Shown here: positions 38,590 to 42,978 of the stretch, one piece after another
Layout of the letters: the number at the start of each line of letters is the position of its first letter
How positions within the stretch are numbered: position 1 is the first letter of the stretch
DNA from: Candidatus Hydrogenedentota bacterium
GTDB lineage: Bacteria; Hydrogenedentota; Hydrogenedentia; Hydrogenedentales; SLHB01
Length of the DNA: 42,978 nt
Assembly (NCBI GenBank): GCA_029974275.1
Contig: JARKSN010000330.1
Coordinates: forward strand, 1-42,978
Direction of reading: 5' to 3'
Program-made: the position numbers and the translations under genes
The notes under the pieces: generated by a model
Told to the model about the DNA's origin: nothing
Database searches by the model: none
The model's input: the letters and a program-made list of their open reading frames with translations, nothing else

Positions 38590-39519
38590 CTATTCCGTCT
38601 GAAACAGGGGTGTCGACAAATACCGTTCGCCGCTGTCCGGCAGCACGACGACAATGGTCTTGCCTGCATACTCGTCGCGCGCAGCGAGCCGCAACGCCAC
38701 GGCCGTGGCCGCGCCGCAACTGATGCCGCTCAAAATGCCCTCTTCCAAGGCAAGACGCCGCGCCGTCTCAAAGGCATCCTCGTTGGTGACCGTCTCGATC
38801 TTGTCGACCAAACTCAAATCCAACACGTCCGGCTTGAACCCTGCGCCGATGCCCTGGATCGTGTGCGGGCCGGGCGAACCTCCGGACAGCACCGGCGAGG
38901 CGGCGGGCTCGACGGCCACGCTCTGGATAGCCTTGCCTTTTTCCCTCTTGATGTACTTGCTCACGCCGGTGATGGTGCCGCCGGTGCCGACGCCCGCAAC
39001 CAGGACGTCGATCGTCCCCTCGGTGTCGTTCCAAATTTCCGGACCGGTGGTCTTGAAATGAATCTCCGGATTGGCCGGATTCTTGAATTGATGGGGAATA
39101 AAGTAGCCAGGATTTTCCTGCGCCAACCGTTCCGCCTCCGCAATGGCCCCCGGCATGCCCTTCGTGCCAGGCGTCAGAATGAGTTCCGCGCCCAACGCCT
39201 TCAAGACCTGCCGCCGCTCGATGCTCATCGTCTCGGGCATGGTCAGAATGAGCTTGTAGCCGCGCGCCGCCGCGACAAAGGCAAGCGCGATGCCGGTGTT
39301 GCCCGAAGTCGGCTCGATGATCGTCCCGCCGGATTTGAGGACGCCGCGCTGTTCCGCGTCCCAGATCATCGCTGCGCCGATACGGCATTTCACGGAATAC
39401 GCGGGGTTGCGCCCCTCGATCTTGGCGTAAACCTTCGCCTTCAGTCCCGCGCCCAACCGGCGCAAATGGACCAACGGGGTGTTGCCGATACTGTAACTGT
39501 TGTCTTCGTGTACTCGCAT
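38590..39519 (-). CDS. cysK: Cysteine synthase A (O-acetylserine sulfhydrylase)
   Basis: [52 protein letters not shown] and [10 protein letters not shown]. Start at ATG 39519. Confidence 0.96.
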   Translation of the reverse strand: MRVHEDNSYSIGNTPLVHLRRLGAGLKAKVYAKIEGRNPAYSVKCRIGAAMIWDAEQRGVLKSGGTIIEPTSGNTGIALAFVAAARGYKLILTMPETMSIERRQVLKALGAELILTPGTKGMPGAIAEAERLAQENPGYFIPHQFKNPANPEIHFKTTGPEIWNDTEGTIDVLVAGVGTGGTITGVSKYIKREKGKAIQSVAVEPAASPVLSGGSPGPHTIQGIGAGFKPDVLDLSLVDKIETVTNEDAFETARRLALEEGILSGISCGAATAVALRLAARDEYAGKTIVVVLPDSGERYLSTPLFQTE

Positions 39520-39608
39520 AGTCTGCACTCCACTGGTTGTCCCGGCATAACCGGCGCTTTTGCTGGCGCGGAAGCCCCCTCCGGCTGTGCGCCGCAAGCA
39601 TCCTCAAT

Positions 39609-39638
39609 AATGTACAGTAAACTAATCGTATTTGTCAA
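39609..39638 (-). promoter_or_regulatory. Sigma70-type promoter of cysK-metB with an AT-rich spacer (possible Rrf2/CymR-type operator)
   Basis: TTGACA-aatacgattagtttactg-TACATT (18-nt spacer). Confidence 0.6.
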
Positions 39639-39658
39639 GTATTCCGTGCCCTAGCATG

Positions 39659-39699
39659 AAAAAGGAGACCCGCCGTGAAAAATCCTCAAAACGGGTCTC
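39659..39699 (-). terminator. Intrinsic terminator after leuD
   Basis: Minus strand GAGACCCG...CGGGTCTC followed by CTTTTT. Confidence 0.7.
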
Positions 39700-39723
39700 A
39701 ATGGCACGAAAACGATCGCGGCA

Positions 39724-40320
39724 TCAGACGATGCCGTGCGCCTCTTCAAACGCGTCAATCTTGTCTTGGTGGCGAAGGGTCAGGCCGATCTGGTCCCAGC
39801 CGTTCAGCAGGCATTCCTTTTTGAATGGGTCGACGTCGAAGGAGATCGTCTTGCCATTGGGGCGCGTGATGGTCTGTGCCGTCAGGTCGACGGCCAGTTG
39901 GTAGCCTTCCTGCGCGCGGACTTCCTGGAACAACTCTTCGACGATCGCGCCGTCGAGTTTGATCGGCAGCATGCCATTGTTGAAGCAGTTGTTGAAGAAG
40001 ATATCCGCAAACGACGGCGCCAAGATGCAACGGATTCCATAGTTATCCAACGCCCACGGCGCATGCTCGCGCGACGACCCACACCCGAAGTTGTCCTTCG
40101 TCAACAAGATGCTCGCGCCCTGATACCGCGCGGCGTTCATCTCGAACTTCGGGTCCGGCGTCACGCCATCCGCCAAGTAGCGCCAATCGAAAAACAGCAT
40201 AGGACCATAGCCCGTGCGCTCGATGCGCTTCAAAAACTGCTTCGGGATAATCTGGTCCGTATCCACATTCAGCGCCTCCAACGGCGCCACAATTCCGGTC
40301 AATGTCGTGAATGGTTTCAT
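39724..40320 (-). CDS. leuD: 3-isopropylmalate dehydratase small subunit
   Basis: [29 protein letters not shown] and [10 protein letters not shown]. Confidence 0.98.
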   Translation of the reverse strand: MKPFTTLTGIVAPLEALNVDTDQIIPKQFLKRIERTGYGPMLFFDWRYLADGVTPDPKFEMNAARYQGASILLTKDNFGCGSSREHAPWALDNYGIRCILAPSFADIFFNNCFNNGMLPIKLDGAIVEELFQEVRAQEGYQLAVDLTAQTITRPNGKTISFDVDPFKKECLLNGWDQIGLTLRHQDKIDAFEEAHGIV

Positions 40321-40352
40321 GGTAATTATCCTCTCTTCTATTCACAGGAGAT

Positions 40353-40532
40353 TCAACCCTGTTTGATGCTCTCTTCAATGCGCTTAACCCACTTCGACTC
40401 CTCACCTTTGCGACGTATGAAGTCGGCGTAGCAGGAAAACTCCTGCTTGCGTGCTTGATACTCGGCCAAAAGCTTGGCCTGTATATCGGTCTTCATTTGC
40501 ACACAATCAAAGGTCTTGACTTTGGTCGTCAT
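40353..40532 (-). CDS. 59-aa small protein, putative partner or antitoxin of the upstream PIN protein (absent from the ORF track)
   Basis: Manual translation MTTKVKTFDCVQMKTDIQAKLLAEYQARKQEFSCYADFIRRKGEESKWVKRIEESIKQG. GGAGGTG SD; overlaps the 3' end of the PIN gene by 26 nt. Confidence 0.7.
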   Translation of the reverse strand: MTTKVKTFDCVQMKTDIQAKLLAEYQARKQEFSCYADFIRRKGEESKWVKRIEESIKQG

Positions 40533-40981
40533 CGGACACCTCCCGGGGGCTGTGAATCGCGATATTGGGATAGCCCTTCAATGCGTTTACCCCATTGAAC
40601 TTCTGAATGCGTGCGTAGTTCACAATGTGCTTGAAGTTCCAACTCAGAATGATATCCGCACGCGCCACAGTGGCCGCTGCCACATGTAATGCGTCAGCCA
40701 TCGAGGCCTGTCCCAGAGCGCCCATATCAACATACGCCTGCGCCAGTTCTTCGACGTCTTCATCCAGGCGACTTCAATGAGGCGCGATGGCAAGAGGGTC
40801 TCTACAAAGGCTCTAACCCGTTCTGGCGCCTCCTCGATCTCTCCCAATGTAAGCTGAGACACGAGAATTAAGAAATGTCCACGCTTGACCCGCTCAAAAA
40901 ACCGGGTACTTGCCTCTGCGAATTCCTCATCCCATACGCCGCCAAAACGGACGTATCAACATAGACTTTGGGGTTCCGCAC
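40507..40981 (-). pseudogene. PIN-domain (VapC-like) ribonuclease with two apparent 1-bp deletions (pseudogene or sequencing error)
   Basis: GTG 40981 after GGAGGTG. Reconstructed protein MRNPKVYVDTS(V)FGGVWDEEF...LGEI...EVA(L)DEDVEELAQAYV...ADALHVAAATVARADIILSWNFKHIVN...IHSPREV. Slips at 40944-40947 and 40767-40768; restoring 2 nt gives 477 nt (158 aa). Confidence 0.85.
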
Positions 40982-41095
40982 GTTGCATCACCTCCACACT
41001 GCTCGCGCTTGCATTTCTGTCGCGAGATTTCTCCATTCAATAATACACCCGATGGCGTTCTCATTGTGATCACGTGAACGCAACCGGCCAATGCA

Positions 41096-41389
41096 TCAAT
41101 GCTGTATGATCCTTACCCTCCGATACCGGCATCCTGCCTTTGCGCCGCCGCCGTGGCTGCCGAAGTCGCAGAGGACTCCGAGGATCACAAACGCCAGGCC
41201 CCAACCCTGAACGGCTCCGATTTCGTTCATGGCGATGGCATAGGCACAGGTCGTGTAGGGCATCACAAAGAAACCCAGCAACGGCCACAGCGCCGTTTCG
41301 AACGCGCGTCCGCCGTAGCCGCTGAACCACATTAGGAACAGCGCCAACCGCGGAAATGCCACCGCTATGCATCCTAAACAACAGGGCAT
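41096..41389 (-). CDS. Small hypothetical membrane protein
   Basis: 97 aa with about 3 hydrophobic segments (FPRLALFLMW, WPLLGFFVMPYTT, WGLAFVILGVL); AAGG SD. Confidence 0.7.
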   Translation of the reverse strand: MPCCLGCIAVAFPRLALFLMWFSGYGGRAFETALWPLLGFFVMPYTTCAYAIAMNEIGAVQGWGLAFVILGVLCDFGSHGGGAKAGCRYRRVRIIQH

Positions 41390-41425
41390 CGCACTACCTT
41401 CTCACAATATTTCGCGCCGCCCACA

Positions 41426-41482
41426 AAAGTTTCTGGAAGGGGGCCCCGGGGAAACCTCTTTTCCCAAAGAGATCTCCCCCGG
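41426..41482. repeat. Palindromic REP-like element or stem-loop downstream of leuC
   Basis: aaagtttctggaagggggc-CCGGGGAaacCTCTT-ttccca-AAGAGatcTCCCCCGG imperfect hairpin. Confidence 0.5.
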
Positions 41483-41498
41483 TTGTCCCAATCTTCTC

Positions 41499-42908
41499 TT
41501 ACTTAAACTCCCACGTCCGCACGTCGACGAAATGGCCTTTGATCGCGGCGGCAGCGGCCATGGCTGGGCCGACGAGATGCGTGCGGCTGCCCTTGCCTTG
41601 GCGTCCTTCGAAGTTGCGGTTCGAGGTCGAGGCGCACCGGTCTCCGGGGTTCAGGATGTCCGCGTTCATCGCGAGACACATCGAGCAGCCCGGTTCGCGC
41701 CACTCGAAACCTGCCTCGATGAATATCTTGTCGAGTCCTTCGGCCTCGGCCTGCTTCTTCACGACATATGATCCCGGCACAACCAATGCTTGCTCGATGG
41801 TCGGACTCACTTTGTAACCCTTGGCCACCCTGGCGGCATCGCGCAGGTCTTCGATGCGCCCGTTCGTGCACGAACCGATAAACATCTTGTTCGGCTTGAT
41901 CGACGTGATCGGCACGCCCTCGCCCAAGTCCATATACTTCAACGCCTGTTCCGCAGCCAAGCGAGTGTTCGGGTCCGCGATCTCCGCCAGCACCGGCGTC
42001 TTGCCGCTGATGCTGGTCACCATGCCCGGCGACGTGCCCCACGTAACTTGCGGCTCGATATCTTCAGCGCGCAGTTCGACGAGCGTGTCGTACGTGCAGC
42101 CGGGATCGGAGGCCCACTGCTTCCACCCGGCGACGACCTCGTCCCACGGCTTGTCCGTCGCGACATACGGGCGGCCCTTCAGGTACTCGCAGGTCTTGTC
42201 GTCCGGCGAAATAAGACCCGCGCGCGCGCCGGCTTCGATGGTCATGTTGCAGACCGTCATCCGGCCTTCCACGCTCAGGTTGCGGATGGTGTCGCCGGTA
42301 TATTCGATAACGTAGCCCGTGCCGCCTGCCGTGCCGATCTTGCCGATCACCGCGAGGACCACATCCTTCGCCGTCACGCCGGCCCCCAACGCGCCCGTGA
42401 CGCGGACTTCCATCGTTTTAGACTTCTTTTGCAGCAACGTCTGCGTCGCCAGGACATGTTCGACCTCGCTCGTGCCGATGCCGTGCGCGAGCGCGCCGAA
42501 GGCCCCGTGCGTCGAAGTGTGCGAATCGCCGCAGACAATCGTGAAACCCGGCTGCGTCAGTCCCAGCTCCGGGCCTATGATGTGGACGACGCCGTTGCGC
42601 GGGTCGGCCATGTCGAAACACGTCACGCCGAACTCGTCGCAGTTCGCCTTGAGCGTCTCCACCTGCTGTTTCGACAACGGGTCCTCGATGGGCCTCGAGC
42701 GATCCGTCGTCGGGATGTTGTGGTCCATCGTCGCGAAAGTCATGTTCGGACGACGCACCTTGCGCCCCGCCAAACGCAACCCCTCGAACGCCTGCGCCGA
42801 GGTCACCTCATGCACGAAATGCCGGTCGATATACAATATCGCCGCCTGCCCCGGCTCCTGATGCACCACATGCGCATCCCAAATCTTCTCGTAAATGTTC
42901 CTCGCCAT
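41499..42908 (-). CDS. leuC: 3-isopropylmalate dehydratase large subunit
   Basis: [45 protein letters not shown] and [12 protein letters not shown]. Start at ATG 42908 behind GGAG. Confidence 0.98.
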   Translation of the reverse strand: MARNIYEKIWDAHVVHQEPGQAAILYIDRHFVHEVTSAQAFEGLRLAGRKVRRPNMTFATMDHNIPTTDRSRPIEDPLSKQQVETLKANCDEFGVTCFDMADPRNGVVHIIGPELGLTQPGFTIVCGDSHTSTHGAFGALAHGIGTSEVEHVLATQTLLQKKSKTMEVRVTGALGAGVTAKDVVLAVIGKIGTAGGTGYVIEYTGDTIRNLSVEGRMTVCNMTIEAGARAGLISPDDKTCEYLKGRPYVATDKPWDEVVAGWKQWASDPGCTYDTLVELRAEDIEPQVTWGTSPGMVTSISGKTPVLAEIADPNTRLAAEQALKYMDLGEGVPITSIKPNKMFIGSCTNGRIEDLRDAARVAKGYKVSPTIEQALVVPGSYVVKKQAEAEGLDKIFIEAGFEWREPGCSMCLAMNADILNPGDRCASTSNRNFEGRQGKGSRTHLVGPAMAAAAAIKGHFVDVRTWEFK

Positions 42909-42978
42909 TTCCATCACTCCTTGAAGATAGGATTCCAACACAAGACACGGTGGTAACCTGTGTAAATGCGATGAAATA

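Noticed and set aside
39520..39608. SAM riboswitch or T-box upstream of cysK-metB
   Set aside because: The leader is short (~85 nt) and has only a GC-rich stem; it lacks SAM-I and T-box consensus motifs.
42909..42978. Leucine attenuator or leader peptide upstream of leuC
   Set aside because: Only 70 nt are in the window and there is no Leu-codon-rich mini-ORF, so it cannot be assessed.

Overview
A GC-rich bacterial chromosomal window of mostly housekeeping and metabolic genes. Three lipoproteins with a '-G-C-P-' lipobox tentatively suggest Ca. Hydrogenedentota. In order: the 5' part of rtcB (frameshifted, running off the left edge), katA and perR; a strip of REP-like hairpins with an ISAs1 remnant; a large DUF4450-like glycoside hydrolase; a divergent secreted penicillin-acylase (S45) homolog lacking both key catalytic residues; nitroreductase, a membrane protein, rubrerythrin and a double-rubredoxin/NAD(P)H oxidoreductase fusion; corA (SMN instead of GMN) and a GH4 alpha-galactosidase; a stand-alone rplJ-rplL operon with promoter, L10 leader and terminator; the run surA-DUF624-eno-ftsB-phoH-pgpH-ybeY-2x CNNM/TlyC; a + strand block of GT2, chlorophyllase-like lipoprotein, MBL hydrolase, degenerate GT2-methyltransferase fusion and MATE; a Tat-exported Gfo/Idh/MocA protein and a methyltransferase; two tandem-duplicated lipoproteins behind an AT-rich promoter; metB/mccB-like and cysK; and leuD and leuC separated by a small membrane gene and a PIN toxin-like module. 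I saw no rRNA, tRNA, CRISPR array, prophage or intact transposase, and no clear large novel multi-gene system. The best leads are the apparently dead S45 pseudo-enzyme, the diversifying tandem lipoproteins, the perR-katA-rtcB linkage and the PIN module inside leuCD. All four visible frameshifts are single-base homopolymer contractions and may be sequencing errors.
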